Positions 41,301-51,175 of a stretch of 64,000 bases of DNA are shown piece after piece (position 1 is the stretch's first letter; each line of letters opens with the position of its first letter). Below the pieces are notes generated by a model that did no database searches, was not told where the DNA came from, and worked only from the letters and a program-made list of their open reading frames with translations. A program made the translations under genes and the position numbers. The DNA is from Flavobacterium sp. (GTDB lineage Bacteria; Bacteroidota; Bacteroidia; Flavobacteriales; Flavobacteriaceae), in the NCBI GenBank assembly GCA_031425295.1, contig JANPJB010000007.1, forward strand, positions 1,459-65,458, read 5' to 3'.

Positions 41301-42314
41301 AGCATGGTCAATAATGGAGGAAGTCAGATTTATAATCTCGTCGGAAATCCGTATCCGTCACCGATCAGCATGACGCAGTTTGTATCCGACAATTCAAACG
41401 CCATAACCGGGACGCTTTATTTCTGGAGAGAAACCAATAACAACACTGCTAACAATCCGTATTGCACTTGGGCGGGCGGAACCTTTACGAGCGATGGAGA
41501 ATCGCAGGTATTCAATCCTAGCGGGATTCTTCAGACTGGACAAGGATTTTTCGTCGCTGCAAAACCTTCTCAAACCAATTTGGTTTTCAAGAATACGCAA
41601 CGAATCGCGAACAACAGCAACCAATTCTTTAGAAATACAAATACCGAAGAAAGAAACACCTATTGGCTCAATGTCACCAATAGCTCGGGCGCTTTTTCAC
41701 AAATGGCGGTCGGATATATTACAGACGCGACACAAGCGGTAGATTTTTTTGACGGTCAATATTTTGAAAACGGCGATGTTGCACTCAACTCCATTTTGGA
41801 AAACGAAAATTATACGATCCAAGGACGCGCACTGCCGTTTGATCCTACTGACAATGTGACCTTGAGTTTCAAATCCGCGACCGCTGGGAATTATACGATT
41901 GCGATTGACCATACAATCGGATTATTTGATGCAAGCCAGGGTATTTTCCTCAAAGACAACCTGACCAATACGGTGCATGATCTGAAAACCGGTGATTATA
42001 CTTTTGCCACCGAAGTAGGAACATTCAGCAGCCGTTTTGAGATTGTTTATCAGAATACATTGGCAACTACGCAGCCTGTTTGGAATGCCGACCAAGTTGT
42101 AGTTTATAAACAAAATCAGCATTTGGTTATCAATGCGGGAACGCGGAATATGTCGGCGGTTCAGATTTACGATATTCGCGGCCGTTTAATCATCAATAAA
42201 ACAAATATCAATGCAGCCGAAATCATTCTGCCATTGCGTAATGTCAATGAAGTGTTGATCCTCAAAATAACTTTGGATAATAAAGTGGTCGTCACCAAAA
42301 AAGTAATTCATTAA
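35370..42314 (+). CDS. 2314-aa T9SS-secreted Thr/Ser/Gly/Asn-rich surface protein
   Basis: Signal peptide; IPT-like (SISPPS...LTVNGTGF), Fn3-like (FTVNWTNG...[13 protein letters not shown]), beta-strand repeats, WNG..W motifs; CTD VVVYKQ...IYDIRGR...KKVIH. Confidence 0.88.
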   Translation: MKRSIPNIFHACYALIFLTGIFTGNAQSTTVFNDDFTTSAGTSFTTTAGAVGTSIKWNMSRSGADFGARITSGSMSLSNDASSAGNVNGWALASTSTAAFITPYNTTLSSNPGMVTWTFNMRQPQANPSGFASGNYGAVFILAGTSGTTNASGTGYAVTLGNSGKTDPLKLVSYSAGLQTTSQIVASNTTGLTDFGNTYLSVKVTYTPSTNTWQLYVRNDGSTFIDPNSGSLTSQGTAVNSTYTFTALPIMGAFWNASTRASQTALYDNVKVTVAMPTTTSISPPSKVAGTGAFTLTVNGTGFVSGNSVVRWNGSNRTTTFVSATQLTASILSTDITSSGTATVTVANGAAVSNGHTFTIDLAGAPNISLSTSALSTMTTVTGTTSSAQTYNVSASNLTADVAVTAPTNFEVSSNGTTYSGSIALTRTGNVLVGQPVTVYARVKASAPSGLYTNTITHTTTSGATKSIAVSATVIASKPTTQATAVTFTTVTSTTFTVNWTNGNGANHLVLIRSGGAVNSNPVDGVMYTAINSFGAGSEIGTGNYTIYSGNSNTVNITGLQPNTAYHVAVYDYNGSAGTESYLTTSPATGNRTTLNAPVGWQIYSTNTTNTITFDTTVDGVNEGTYQAAGLSPTLTNGELDSDAWAITGFSDGAIAFGGTSTDGLDYDRGTATGGVTIGGVYAFETATNNFALGIQPANGDFVPGSATLRFQNQTGTALTSLSIGYKVYVYNDQAASSSFNFSHSADNSTYTSVSGLNATSPATADASPTWKSYYRVVTLTGLNVANNNYYYFRWTGATVSGSTDFDEFGLDDIVMVANPSTNYASFSGTAENFAVLGNTTLSGSTTVSTDLTINGGKVELNGNTLILNGTVTNTTSGGLKGSASSNLTISGAVNPSLSFDQSTLGTTNLLNNVSINTTASNSVTISNPVVVNGTLTTALGQTLNMGTNALTGTLTTIANNGTIATQNTSSLPIPSGKTWSGTGTVNYNAASATQTIVVGTYQNLTSSSTGGAIAAGNLTVNAVLSLPTANPSSTAGSLTMGTYTLTMGGNATNIGIGDVTGTVTRNNITASTLYTFGHAHTSIIFPNIGTLPTSMSLKIAIGTAPSWRTGAINRTYDFIQTGATGTKAVLKAHYLDSELNGNVETKLVDWAYIVSSSTTLEQGRSNFNTTDNWVELTNVNVGLYFTGTFGQVLLTLDESAAGSLTWNGTVSDSWTTATNWTPNATPSDLTIVYIPDAATTPNDPTLNPTVLLGSLNIDAGGILNAPANSQFTINNGAGAWINNGIYIPGTGTSAVIFTSPDATMAGSTNFNNITINSGASLRPLTDNIMQIAGAFTLTGSFASGMLENTVIYSGTNQTVVNPNTGFQAYHNLIINGTGAIFPTSLNITDDLTLNQAVDFTGKTIVMTGMEPQHIFGTVTPAFNNLTINNTLGGVSLATNSAVNGTLTLTSGNLNIANYNLLLGANAVSGSFSATNMIVASGSGELRRTYVGTGSYTFPLGDLTAAAEYSPITVNITSGTFSSAYVGVSVTDAIHPNNASASNNISRYWNVKTSGITGAVATITASYSAQDLTGAESSIGASQLNGVFNQSTNSWVKFTALSGSTLTATGALLTSGQTSVFTGIKAAAFTAMMYGQGAFCQNQSVTLTGLGSNGDQPFTYSWSGGLGTLATATPPTAIVGTVNYTLTMKDANGITATDNGNVVTLAPSNGGSITANQTVCSGTIPNDLILTSYTGNILLWQTASDIGFSAPQAVENTTASFLGTAIGAVTATTYFRAVIQNGSCSEIYSPVTAIIVKSTTWNGSAWSNSAPDSVTAAIISGNYTSSGNINACSLTVNNNAVVIIASGHNVQLNDALTVTSGSFTMENNASLLQSKDVANSGNIIVNRNSSALLRQDYTLWSSPVSGQNMLSFSPSTLPNRFYGYNTTTNVYNALTPSTTNFATAQGYLIRMPNNHPATPTIWNGQFNGVPNNGNVPVSMVNNGGSQIYNLVGNPYPSPISMTQFVSDNSNAITGTLYFWRETNNNTANNPYCTWAGGTFTSDGESQVFNPSGILQTGQGFFVAAKPSQTNLVFKNTQRIANNSNQFFRNTNTEERNTYWLNVTNSSGAFSQMAVGYITDATQAVDFFDGQYFENGDVALNSILENENYTIQGRALPFDPTDNVTLSFKSATAGNYTIAIDHTIGLFDASQGIFLKDNLTNTVHDLKTGDYTFATEVGTFSSRFEIVYQNTLATTQPVWNADQVVVYKQNQHLVINAGTRNMSAVQIYDIRGRLIINKTNINAAEIILPLRNVNEVLILKITLDNKVVVTKKVIH

Positions 42315-42345
42315 CTGTATCGTTTTCCGCTCTAAAAATTCATAG

Positions 42346-42377
42346 AAAAAAAAGCAAGTCCAACGACTTGCTTTTTT
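42346..42377. terminator. Bidirectional terminator between the giant T9SS gene and the nuclease gene
   Basis: AAAAAAAAGCAAGTC-CAAC-GACTTGCTTTTTTT. Confidence 0.85.
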
Positions 42378-42430
42378 TATTTCCTTGGTTCAGTTCCTTG
42401 AATAAACTTGCGAGAGTGCAATTCCATTTA

Positions 42431-44110
42431 TTATTCTTTCACGAATCTTCCGTGACGGTCACCTGCTTTCAAAATATAAATGCCGGAAGGCAAATCGGCA
42501 ACATTGAGCGTATTGGAATCTATTTTTTCAAAACGAATCTGTCTGCCAGTCAAGTCGTAAATTTGGGTAACAAATCCATTTTTAATGCCAGACGCATCAA
42601 ACTTAAGTTGATCTTTTACCGGATTCGGATAAATTGCCCACGCACTTCTGGGCGTGTATGAATATTGTTGATTCGCTAGCGTTGAAAACTGCAACGTTGC
42701 ACTTACAGGCAAATGATCCGAAGTGGTGTAATAATAATTGTCGATACTTTGTGATACCGACTCTTCTTGTGAAGCGCTGTTGGAGACATAATTCCCAAGC
42801 AATTCATCCGAAATAATAATGTTCTCAATGATTCGATTGCCGCCCCAACCCACATCGATTATATTTTGGGTAATACAATTGTAATTGCTCTGATCGTCGA
42901 TGAAATTTTTAAAAGGTGAATCCGTACATCCACAGCTACCGCTTGCGGTACCAATTGGATAATCATTGAAATCCCCTATGATTACTACATTTTTAGTATT
43001 GTAATTCTGCCCGTCAAGAATGGTTTTCAATGCATCGAAACCACCCAATCTGCGGGTATAGCTCATCGCATTACCGTCTTCCGCTTTCGCATGAACATTC
43101 ACAAGTGAAATAGGCACCAAGGTGTTTCCGACCACAAGATTTACATTGTAAAGTGCTGGGAAGCGTCCACTCGACCAATTGTAGTAATAAGAATTCCCTT
43201 GCGATGCATTTCCATTGCTTAATTGGGCCGCACTGACAAACTCTACTTTCGATTTTTTGTAGATAATGCCCTGTTTTTGGCTGCAGTCATCAGCAGTAGC
43301 GGGTACAATCTGACCTGCCCATTGATCACTGCCTAGCAGCGACACCAATGTTTCCATCGAAGGATTTAAAACACTGTTTGAAACCTCCTGAATGCAGTAG
43401 ATATCGGAATTCATTGTGAGCATTGCCGCAGCTACATTGCTTATTTGCAAGTTTTCGTCGGTAGGACCGAATAAGGTACAGCCCAACCATTCCGTATTCC
43501 AATTGGTAATCTTAAAAAGCCCCGAATTCGGATTCGTCGCCTCGGGTTCTCCAGTAACCTTTACATTTTTTATTTCCCATGTAGCGCTCTGCCCTGCCAT
43601 ACTAATATAACGGAAAGCAATTCTTGAATTTTCTGATTTTGCCTCATTGGGTATTACAAGCTCACCCGAAGCAACATATTGCCACGCGCCGGTAACGGCT
43701 TGATTGAAACCTAGTTCAACCCATTGTGTTGTCATCGGTTCACCAGTAAAGTCAGCCGTTACGAAAACTTTATAATAGCCTTGTTCGACACCCACATTGA
43801 GTACAGCAGCACTACCGCGAGCGTGATTAAAAGTAAGTTTTACATTGTCTGTTTGTGACAGGTTTATTGTGGGGCTGACGAACCAATCCTCGTTTTCAAA
43901 ACTTTGGCCTGATTCGTAACCACTGCAAACTGCACCATAAAACGAACTGAAACTCCAACTTTGAGTGCCTGTAATATTATAAGTTGAAAACGTATTGAAA
44001 CTGTTCTGGGTAAGCAGTGACTGCTCAAAGATCGTCGTTTGTGCCGCTAACGGATTTCCGCCAAACCCAAAGACGACAAGCAGCACAATTAAACTAATAT
44101 AATTTTTCAT
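42431..44110 (-). CDS. T9SS-secreted endonuclease/exonuclease/phosphatase-family protein with N-terminal beta-sandwich
   Basis: NWNTEW, CIQEV, GRFP, VHAKA, GDFND, SDHLPV catalytic motifs; IYPNPVKD...YDLTGR...GIYILK CTD. Confidence 0.88.
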   Translation of the reverse strand: MKNYISLIVLLVVFGFGGNPLAAQTTIFEQSLLTQNSFNTFSTYNITGTQSWSFSSFYGAVCSGYESGQSFENEDWFVSPTINLSQTDNVKLTFNHARGSAAVLNVGVEQGYYKVFVTADFTGEPMTTQWVELGFNQAVTGAWQYVASGELVIPNEAKSENSRIAFRYISMAGQSATWEIKNVKVTGEPEATNPNSGLFKITNWNTEWLGCTLFGPTDENLQISNVAAAMLTMNSDIYCIQEVSNSVLNPSMETLVSLLGSDQWAGQIVPATADDCSQKQGIIYKKSKVEFVSAAQLSNGNASQGNSYYYNWSSGRFPALYNVNLVVGNTLVPISLVNVHAKAEDGNAMSYTRRLGGFDALKTILDGQNYNTKNVVIIGDFNDYPIGTASGSCGCTDSPFKNFIDDQSNYNCITQNIIDVGWGGNRIIENIIISDELLGNYVSNSASQEESVSQSIDNYYYTTSDHLPVSATLQFSTLANQQYSYTPRSAWAIYPNPVKDQLKFDASGIKNGFVTQIYDLTGRQIRFEKIDSNTLNVADLPSGIYILKAGDRHGRFVKE

Positions 44111-44330
44111 TGGATATCGTATCGATTCTAGGTTTCAGAAAGTGAATGATTTTGGGCAAACATACAAATAAATCGGGTTTTTTCAGGCATATCTCGCTAG
44201 GTGAATAGCAAAATTAGTCAATCCATCGATAATTGTTGATGAAGTTATTTTGCACTGAAATGTTTTTTTTACATTTGCAAATCTACGAGCCCATTGACAG
44301 CAAAAAATTTTAACCTCTTACATTACTCAG

Positions 44331-45857
44331 ATGCGTACCGAAATTAGTAAAGTAGAACTTCGTAACCTGCGCATTGAGGATTACCAGGAACTCAAAAACT
44401 CTATGGTTCAAGCCTATAGCGAAATGGAAGGTTCTTACTGGAAAGAGCATCACATTCGCAACCTGCTGAACATATTTCCTGAAGGGCAGTTGGTCATCCT
44501 TGTCGATAACAAAGTCGTCGGTTCCGCACTGTCGCTAATTGTCAACACGGAGCAAGTGCTCAAAAACCACAATTACGCGGACATTACAGGCAATTATACG
44601 TTCTCCACACATGATCCTTTGGGCGATGTTTTATACGGAATCGATGTGTTCATCCATCCCGATTATCGTGGGCTTCGACTAGGGCGCAGGCTCTACGACA
44701 CGCGCACGGAATTGTGCGAACAGCTCAATCTTACGGCCATAGTTTTTGCTGGGCGCATTCCGAATTTTACGAAACACGCCGGAGAAATGACCCCGAAGGC
44801 GTATATCGACAAAGTGCGCCAGAAAGAATTATACGATCCGGTGCTGTCGTTTCAACTCAGCAACGATTTTCACGTGATCAAAGTGATGAAAAATTACCTT
44901 GTAGGCGATAGCAGTTCTCAGGACTATGCGGTATTGCTAGAATGGAATAACATTTACTATGACAAAAGTCCACAATTGATCAACGTCAGAAAGAGCGTCA
45001 TCCGCTTGGGATTGGTGCAATGGCAAATGCGACCGCTAACCAACATTGAGGCTTTGTTTGAGCAATGCGAATTTTTTGTCGATGTAGTTTCCGGCTATGG
45101 CAGTGATTTCGCGCTTTTTCCTGAACTTTTTATTGCGCCTTTGATGGTCGATTTCAACCATTTAGGTGAAGCCGATGCCATTCGGGAGCTGGCACAGTAT
45201 TGTGAGCCGATTCGCAAACGTTTTCAAGAACTCGCGATTTCTTACAACATCAACATCATTACCGGTAGCATGCCTTACCTCGAAAATGGCAATCTTTATA
45301 ATGTAGGTTTTTTGTGCAAGCGTGATGGTACTTCTGAAATGTATACCAAAATTCATATTACGCCGAATGAAGTTTTGTATTGGGGAATGAAAGGCGGATC
45401 AGAAATCAAAACTTTCGATACGGACTGCGGTAAAATTGGGATTATGATTTGCTACGACGTCGAATTTCCGGAACTTTCGCGGCTCCTGGCAGACGAAGGA
45501 ATGGATATTTTATTCGTGCCTTTTCTGACTGATACGCAAAACGGATACACGCGCGTAAAACATTGCGCTCAAGCACGTGCGATTGAAAATGAATGTTATG
45601 TTGCCATTGCAGGTTGTGTAGGGAACCTTCCGGGTGTCAATAATATGGATATACAATATGCCCAAACCGCTGTTTTTACGCCGTCGGATTTTGCGTTTCC
45701 AACGAATGGCATCAAGGGTGAAGCGACACCAAATACAGAAATGACACTCATCGTCGATGTCGATATTGACCTGCTCAAAAAGCTACACGAACATGGTAGC
45801 GTCCGAATATTAAAAGACAGAAGGCACGACCTTTATCGCATCTCCAAATTGAAATAG
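44331..45857 (+). CDS. GNAT acetyltransferase / carbon-nitrogen hydrolase fusion
   Basis: HPDYRGLRLGRRLY acetyl-CoA motif; nitrilase triad FPELF, YTKIHITP, ICYDVEFPE. Confidence 0.92.
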   Translation: MRTEISKVELRNLRIEDYQELKNSMVQAYSEMEGSYWKEHHIRNLLNIFPEGQLVILVDNKVVGSALSLIVNTEQVLKNHNYADITGNYTFSTHDPLGDVLYGIDVFIHPDYRGLRLGRRLYDTRTELCEQLNLTAIVFAGRIPNFTKHAGEMTPKAYIDKVRQKELYDPVLSFQLSNDFHVIKVMKNYLVGDSSSQDYAVLLEWNNIYYDKSPQLINVRKSVIRLGLVQWQMRPLTNIEALFEQCEFFVDVVSGYGSDFALFPELFIAPLMVDFNHLGEADAIRELAQYCEPIRKRFQELAISYNINIITGSMPYLENGNLYNVGFLCKRDGTSEMYTKIHITPNEVLYWGMKGGSEIKTFDTDCGKIGIMICYDVEFPELSRLLADEGMDILFVPFLTDTQNGYTRVKHCAQARAIENECYVAIAGCVGNLPGVNNMDIQYAQTAVFTPSDFAFPTNGIKGEATPNTEMTLIVDVDIDLLKKLHEHGSVRILKDRRHDLYRISKLK

Positions 45858-45879
45858 GATTATACATCGATATTCAAAC

Positions 45880-45915
45880 AAAAGGGACAAATCAAATTTT
45901 TGGTTTGTCCCTTTT
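45880..45915. terminator. Bidirectional intrinsic terminator
   Basis: AAAAGGGACAAATCA...TGGTTTGTCCCTTTT between convergent genes. Confidence 0.8.
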
Positions 45916-45931
45916 GTTCATCAGTAGGTTA

Positions 45932-46393
45932 TCATATTGTGCGGAATAATGCATCGAAGCCTAAAAATACGAAAGCCATGGTGACACCGAAAATGATGTG
46001 CGCAAAAAAAAGTTGTAGGTAATATTCTGATACTTTTACTGGCGGTCTTGCGTGTGACGATCTGAACATGATTTCCCAGCCGAGGATTCCAACAATCCCA
46101 AAGAGGCAGCCACTTACGAAACCGGATGTCATTGTAACTTGGTACCAATTAAAGTGAAACCAAAACGGTAACCGATACAAAATTACAAATAACAATCCTA
46201 TGAAATAATGCAATAGCCAGCTGGCAATAATTTTCTGGTGCTTCAACAATTCAATATGAAATGCCGCCATCACGAACTGTAGCAATACCGGTTCTTTGTA
46301 CAATTTTCTGAAATTTTCGGATAGCAGATAACTGAACAAAGTCATTGTAGAAGTTGCTAGTAGCGCTGCTGCGATAACCGTAATGAATTGCAT
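45932..46393 (-). CDS. Hypothetical 4-TM membrane protein
   Basis: ATSTMTLFSY, W.LH..IG, HIIFG; hydrophobic; 12 bp downstream of the oxidoreductase. Confidence 0.75.
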   Translation of the reverse strand: MQFITVIAAALLATSTMTLFSYLLSENFRKLYKEPVLLQFVMAAFHIELLKHQKIIASWLLHYFIGLLFVILYRLPFWFHFNWYQVTMTSGFVSGCLFGIVGILGWEIMFRSSHARPPVKVSEYYLQLFFAHIIFGVTMAFVFLGFDALFRTI

Positions 46394-46405
46394 AGTAAAT
46401 TGAAT

Positions 46406-47980
46406 TTACAAATTCCGGTTTAACTTTTTCAGGTCTTTTTTGGATGGTCCGTTAATTACAGTACCATTACAGGAAAAACGCGATCCGTGACACGGACAGT
46501 CGAATGATTTCTCGTCATCGTTCCAATTGACAATGCATCCCAAATGTGGACATTCCGCGCAGTACGTATGCAATATACTATCCTCATCACGGTACACTGC
46601 AATCTTAGAAAGGCCTGATTTGATAATGCCGCCCTGACCTTTTTGTAACGCTTCTGCATTCTCAAAATCCGCTGGACTAAACCAATCAAAATATTGCGCA
46701 GCCATGTTGGCTGCTTCCGAGACAAAGTCTTTCGCCGTATTGAGCGTGATGCGCGACGGACTGTATAAATCTTGCCATGGACTGACGACACCATTGATGA
46801 GGTCATTGATGATCATCGCGCCGATGGTGGTATGCGTCATGCCATTTCCGGAATCTCCAGTGATAATATAGATGTTGTCATCGCCCGGGTTTTTACCCAT
46901 GAAGCCAAGCGAATCAACCGGTTTCATTACTTGGCCCGACCAATAATAGGCTATATTCTGCATGGCGGGAAATTGCGTCCTAGTCCAATTTTCTAGATTG
47001 AAATAGCGGTCTTGTTCGGGTATGTGCTCTTCATCAGCTTGGCCGGTCTTATGATCTTCACCACCTGAAATCAAGAGATCGTAATCATCATCGAATTCCT
47101 CCAGCCTTACATAATGATATGGTTGTGAAACCCAACGCGAATCGGCATTTCCTGTGTCCCACCATAAAGCGTCAGGCAATGCGCCTTTTCTTACTTTCGC
47201 GGCGATGACATAAGTTCGGTAAGCAGCCTGCTTCGTATGCATCGTCAGGACGTCGTTAACGGGCGTGTTTGTAGCTACGACGATATGGTCTGCTTTGATG
47301 TCAAACCCGTTTCCGGTCGCACCATATTTGGTTATCTGCTCGCCACGGGTTTCAGTATAAATTTTCCCGCCCATTGCGACAATGCTGCTGCAAAGTCCTC
47401 TCAGATATTTGATGATGTGAAATTGAGCCTGTTGTGGAAATTGTATACTCGTCAACGCATCTGACAAACCTGGCGTTCCATGCACCAGCATCGTGTTGAT
47501 CCCGGCGGCCTGTGAGGCTGTCAACTCTCTAAGTAGATTTTCGTTTTGATCTGTCGGATCGAGGAAAAGATAGCCGTCGACCCATTTGAAATTACAGTCG
47601 ATATTGCCGTTTTTGACAATATCTGCAATCATTTTAATGGCAGCCATGTGGCTTTCCGCAGCCAGCGCAGCCGATTGTTTTCCGAAAGTTTCCTCCAAAA
47701 AATAGTAGCGGTCATCCAATGCACAAGACAAATGCGCTGTGGTTCGACCCGATTCGCCGCTGCTGATGAATCCGTCCTCGATGACAGTCACTTTTTTACC
47801 GGATTGCAATAATAAATAGGCAGTCGTCAAGCCAGCAATACCGCCGCCTATGATTAATACTTCGGTCTGAATGCTTTCACTTAATGCTTCATAGGCGATT
47901 ATCTGTTGCTGATCCAACCAAAAGGAAAGGTTATTTCCTGAGGTTTTATTAGGATTCAATTCTGGATCTGATTGTTTCAT
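46406..47980 (-). CDS. FAD-dependent oxidoreductase with C-terminal Rieske [2Fe-2S] domain (YhfW-like)
   Basis: IIGGGIAG, SGESGRTTAHL, GDSGNGMTH; Rieske CPHLGC and CPCHGSRF. Confidence 0.92.
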   Translation of the reverse strand: MKQSDPELNPNKTSGNNLSFWLDQQQIIAYEALSESIQTEVLIIGGGIAGLTTAYLLLQSGKKVTVIEDGFISSGESGRTTAHLSCALDDRYYFLEETFGKQSAALAAESHMAAIKMIADIVKNGNIDCNFKWVDGYLFLDPTDQNENLLRELTASQAAGINTMLVHGTPGLSDALTSIQFPQQAQFHIIKYLRGLCSSIVAMGGKIYTETRGEQITKYGATGNGFDIKADHIVVATNTPVNDVLTMHTKQAAYRTYVIAAKVRKGALPDALWWDTGNADSRWVSQPYHYVRLEEFDDDYDLLISGGEDHKTGQADEEHIPEQDRYFNLENWTRTQFPAMQNIAYYWSGQVMKPVDSLGFMGKNPGDDNIYIITGDSGNGMTHTTIGAMIINDLINGVVSPWQDLYSPSRITLNTAKDFVSEAANMAAQYFDWFSPADFENAEALQKGQGGIIKSGLSKIAVYRDEDSILHTYCAECPHLGCIVNWNDDEKSFDCPCHGSRFSCNGTVINGPSKKDLKKLNRNL

Positions 47981-48109
47981 GATATTTATTGTTTAATACC
48001 CGAGGAATCGACAAACGTTCTGGCAAAAAGCATCAGGTATACGTTGAAAGTCTGTTCTGATAGCGTATTTTTTTCATGGCACTATTCAATTTTCGATGCG
48101 TTTCGAGTT

Positions 48110-48529
48110 TCAATCCAATGTTTGGACTTCAACGTCGAAACAGAATTGTCGCCAGTCGATATTGGAAAGTGTTTCTATAATATATTTATGCTCCTTAAAA
48201 TTTACCGGCTTGCTGATGATGTAATTCGCGCCGCGTCCTATAAATTCGCGCTGTAGATTTATGGAACAAGAACCGGTAATCATTACCACCGGGATATCCT
48301 TAAATTCGGATGCTCTGATTGATTTTAAAATTTCTAGTCCATCAGAAGGCGGCATGAAATAATCTAGTAGAATCAAATCAGGTCGTTTTTCGGTATTTGA
48401 CAGCGCGGCTAACAATGCTGCACCATCAAAAAACGATCTGGTTTCATGTCCGAAAAAATGCGCAGCTTCGGTAAAAATATTTAAGTCATCAATGTCATCA
48501 TCAGCGTAATAAATCAGTAATGGTTTCAT
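48110..48529 (-). CDS. Single-domain response regulator (receiver only)
   Basis: ADDDIDD, LLDYFMP phospho-Asp, ITGS, ISKP; no output domain. Confidence 0.9.
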   Translation of the reverse strand: MKPLLIYYADDDIDDLNIFTEAAHFFGHETRSFFDGAALLAALSNTEKRPDLILLDYFMPPSDGLEILKSIRASEFKDIPVVMITGSCSINLQREFIGRGANYIISKPVNFKEHKYIIETLSNIDWRQFCFDVEVQTLD

Positions 48530-48548
48530 AGTAGTAGATTTTGAATCC

Positions 48549-48585
48549 CAAAGTTCCTACAAAAAGCGACCAACAATTTATATGA
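48549..48585 (-). promoter_or_regulatory. Promoter with TCATATAAA motif (receiver gene)
   Basis: TCATATAAA (48585-48577) N20 GAACTTTG (48556-48549). Confidence 0.6.
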
Positions 48586-48661
48586 TTTGAACCGTTGTTT
48601 ACGAAATCGTAGGATGGCTTTAATAATAAAGATTGCGAGTACAAAAGTCGAAATCACAACC

Positions 48662-50869
48662 TTACTTCCACTTGATTGTAACTATAGAATCTCCCAGAAT
48701 CGAATATTCCAATTGTTTATCAGCTGCTTGCCGTAATGGAATAATCCTTTCACTTTTACCGCTTCCAATAAATACCATAAAATTTTGTGCTCTCGGTTTG
48801 ACATCGCAAAGTATCAGCATGCGGCATTCGAATTTTGCATCGCCGATGACTTTGAACGAAGCACTGCTGTAATGGCTGGTGCGGAAGTTGGCAATTGGAT
48901 AATCGCAATACACCATAAAGCGTTCTCCTTTAACTTTTCGGTACTGTCGCGGGACGATTCCAAAAGCGATGCCTGCACCATAAACTTCTTGTCCGACGCT
49001 GCCGCTTTTGTCCCAGCCGTCTTGTAAATCTTCGATGGGGATCCATAATTTTTTGTCGACTTCACCCGTTTTGACTTCATCGGAAAACATATAATCCGGA
49101 AGCAATGGCGGATAATAATAGGCAATTCGGTTAACCGTAAACCGTACGAATTCCGACAGCAGTAGTTTTACAGAAGGTAGAATTTCAATACCTTCAGCAA
49201 GCAGCAAATATTGCGATAAAGCGGTGTAGACTTCTAGCGCTTCATAAGCATCGGCATACGCTCCATCATTCAGCGGAAAAACCGCAAAATATGTATCATA
49301 GTCTTTTGCATTGCCGTATTTACATTCCCAAAGGTGCACGTTTTTTAAAATCGCTGCGATGCACGAATAGCTTAAGTTTAGGAATTGTTCGTCTTTGGTT
49401 TCTCTATAAAGTTGTAATAGCGCGCCGGCTGCAAACGCAGTATTCTTTGCCTGATAAAAGATATCGACGCCGAGTCCGAACAATGTTTTGGATGCCTTTT
49501 CGGCTTCATGAAAGTATTTTTGGTCGTCCGTTAGTTTCCAAACCAACAACATCAGATGTGCGTAGGAACCGGTAATAGCTGTTTCGCCGTCCTGACCGAT
49601 TTCTGCTTCTTGATTTTTGACTTCCAACGTATCCATTTTAAAGCGTACGGGCCATTCATACTTAAAATGATGGGCAACCTCGATCGCATACCCAATAGAA
49701 TCCATCAGTAATTTCTCCGCATTTTTGTCGCCTTCTAAGGCAAGTCTCGCGAGGTTCATCAAAGGCTGGTGCAAATACCAAGAATCCATCACCATGTCTC
49801 GTTTTTGTTCTGGCGATTTATCGGGTTTGTCGACTTGCGACGGCAGCCAGCGTAACATGGTTTTAATTTTGTCATCATAGAAAGCTTCGAGTCCGGATCT
49901 TAAATCATTGCTGATTTTATGTTTGTCACCACTCCACTTAAAATATTCGGACACAGGAAGCAACACTGCCAATTGCACCATACATTCTACCGGCGTAGCA
50001 TAATCACAGAAGTATGCATTCAGATATGGAATTCCTTCTGATTGCGTCCAACATCCTTTGTTGTCAGATAAATCGTTTAAGGTTTTTAAAGCAATATCGA
50101 TCCAATGCTCGTATTTTGTTTCGGGCTTTGGCACCAGTTCATAAACAGCCGCAAGATTGTTCAAGAATTGTGTTGTGACTTCTGCATCAGTTTCGGGATT
50201 TTCTTCACTGAGCAGCACATAGGCATCGGATATCGTGTAATTTGTGTTAGCAGGAAGCGGATTCCCGTCAGCAATCGGAAGCTGAAAACCTATTTCGGGC
50301 CAGCTACCTCCGACAGTTTCTGCCAATGAGGTTTCGGTAGCGCTGCAATATCCACAAATTGTAGTCAAGTTTTGAAAGTAAAAAACCGATCCTGGTTTCG
50401 GACGCGTATTGCTCGCAAATAGGAGTCCACTTCGGGTACCAACCTGATGCACGTGTACTTTCCCAGTCGTATTTTCTATGCTGTCATTTTCGGTCAATGG
50501 CACAATGTCGCGCGGCCAATAGGGAATGAGTATCGGAATTTCTGCGTTGAATGTCGTAGTGTAATGGAATAGCGGCTTATTTTGATCCGGAAATTGAATT
50601 CGGACTTCATAGTTGCCGATCTGGGTGCCGAACTGCAGCACGATCAGGTTTCCATCATCAATTAAATTTTGCAGTTCGAAACAATTGTTCAGACCGAACG
50701 CAGTCCTAAATCCCATTTTACCGCCGTTGGGCCATCGCGCGGTGAGCCAAATTGAAGTTGCGGCATTGTTAATTTCAAAAGTATATCCTAACATCTCTTT
50801 TTTTAAGAGCACTTGTCCGTCTTTAAGATCAGTTTGCACAGTAGCAATCGACGGTGATATCGTATTCAT
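48662..50869 (-). CDS. 735-aa conserved-looking hypothetical cytoplasmic protein (possible alpha/alpha-toroid carbohydrate-active fold)
   Basis: Long uninterrupted ORF, no signal peptide; beta-rich N-terminus and helical, aromatic-rich core (DSWYLHQPL, GQEVYGAG). Confidence 0.7.
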   Translation of the reverse strand: MNTISPSIATVQTDLKDGQVLLKKEMLGYTFEINNAATSIWLTARWPNGGKMGFRTAFGLNNCFELQNLIDDGNLIVLQFGTQIGNYEVRIQFPDQNKPLFHYTTTFNAEIPILIPYWPRDIVPLTENDSIENTTGKVHVHQVGTRSGLLFASNTRPKPGSVFYFQNLTTICGYCSATETSLAETVGGSWPEIGFQLPIADGNPLPANTNYTISDAYVLLSEENPETDAEVTTQFLNNLAAVYELVPKPETKYEHWIDIALKTLNDLSDNKGCWTQSEGIPYLNAYFCDYATPVECMVQLAVLLPVSEYFKWSGDKHKISNDLRSGLEAFYDDKIKTMLRWLPSQVDKPDKSPEQKRDMVMDSWYLHQPLMNLARLALEGDKNAEKLLMDSIGYAIEVAHHFKYEWPVRFKMDTLEVKNQEAEIGQDGETAITGSYAHLMLLVWKLTDDQKYFHEAEKASKTLFGLGVDIFYQAKNTAFAAGALLQLYRETKDEQFLNLSYSCIAAILKNVHLWECKYGNAKDYDTYFAVFPLNDGAYADAYEALEVYTALSQYLLLAEGIEILPSVKLLLSEFVRFTVNRIAYYYPPLLPDYMFSDEVKTGEVDKKLWIPIEDLQDGWDKSGSVGQEVYGAGIAFGIVPRQYRKVKGERFMVYCDYPIANFRTSHYSSASFKVIGDAKFECRMLILCDVKPRAQNFMVFIGSGKSERIIPLRQAADKQLEYSILGDSIVTIKWK

Positions 50870-51015
50870 AAAGAAAATTTAAATTAATCAATTCGATTTG
50901 TTAAATACAATGAATCAATTCAAAACATCTACTCCTACGAATAGCGCGCTCTGAAAATGAAATCTGAAACAGAACGTAATCGGCATAACGCGTATTTTCA
51001 TAGGATAAAGTGTTA

Positions 51016-51148
51016 CAAAAATGATGATTAAAAATTCGAAATTCTTATATCATTTAATCTTGTTTTTATACAATTCATCATAGATGGAATAGTACAATTT
51101 TTTCGCATAATCATATAAACTCTAGTGCCATAGCCGCCTATAAATTTG
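51016..51148. promoter_or_regulatory. Divergent promoters with shared motif (735-aa gene and DUF892 gene)
   Basis: (+) TCATATAAA (51111-51119) N21 TAAATTTG (51141-51148); (-) TGATATAAG (51052-51044) N20 CATTTTTG (51023-51016). Confidence 0.6.
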
Positions 51149-51175
51149 TATAAATAAATTATAAAACTTGTTACT

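Noticed and set aside
35370-42314. Ice-binding, RTX or Rhs toxin identity for the giant protein
   Set aside because: No GGXGXD RTX repeats, YD repeats, Rhs core or recognisable ice-binding domain.
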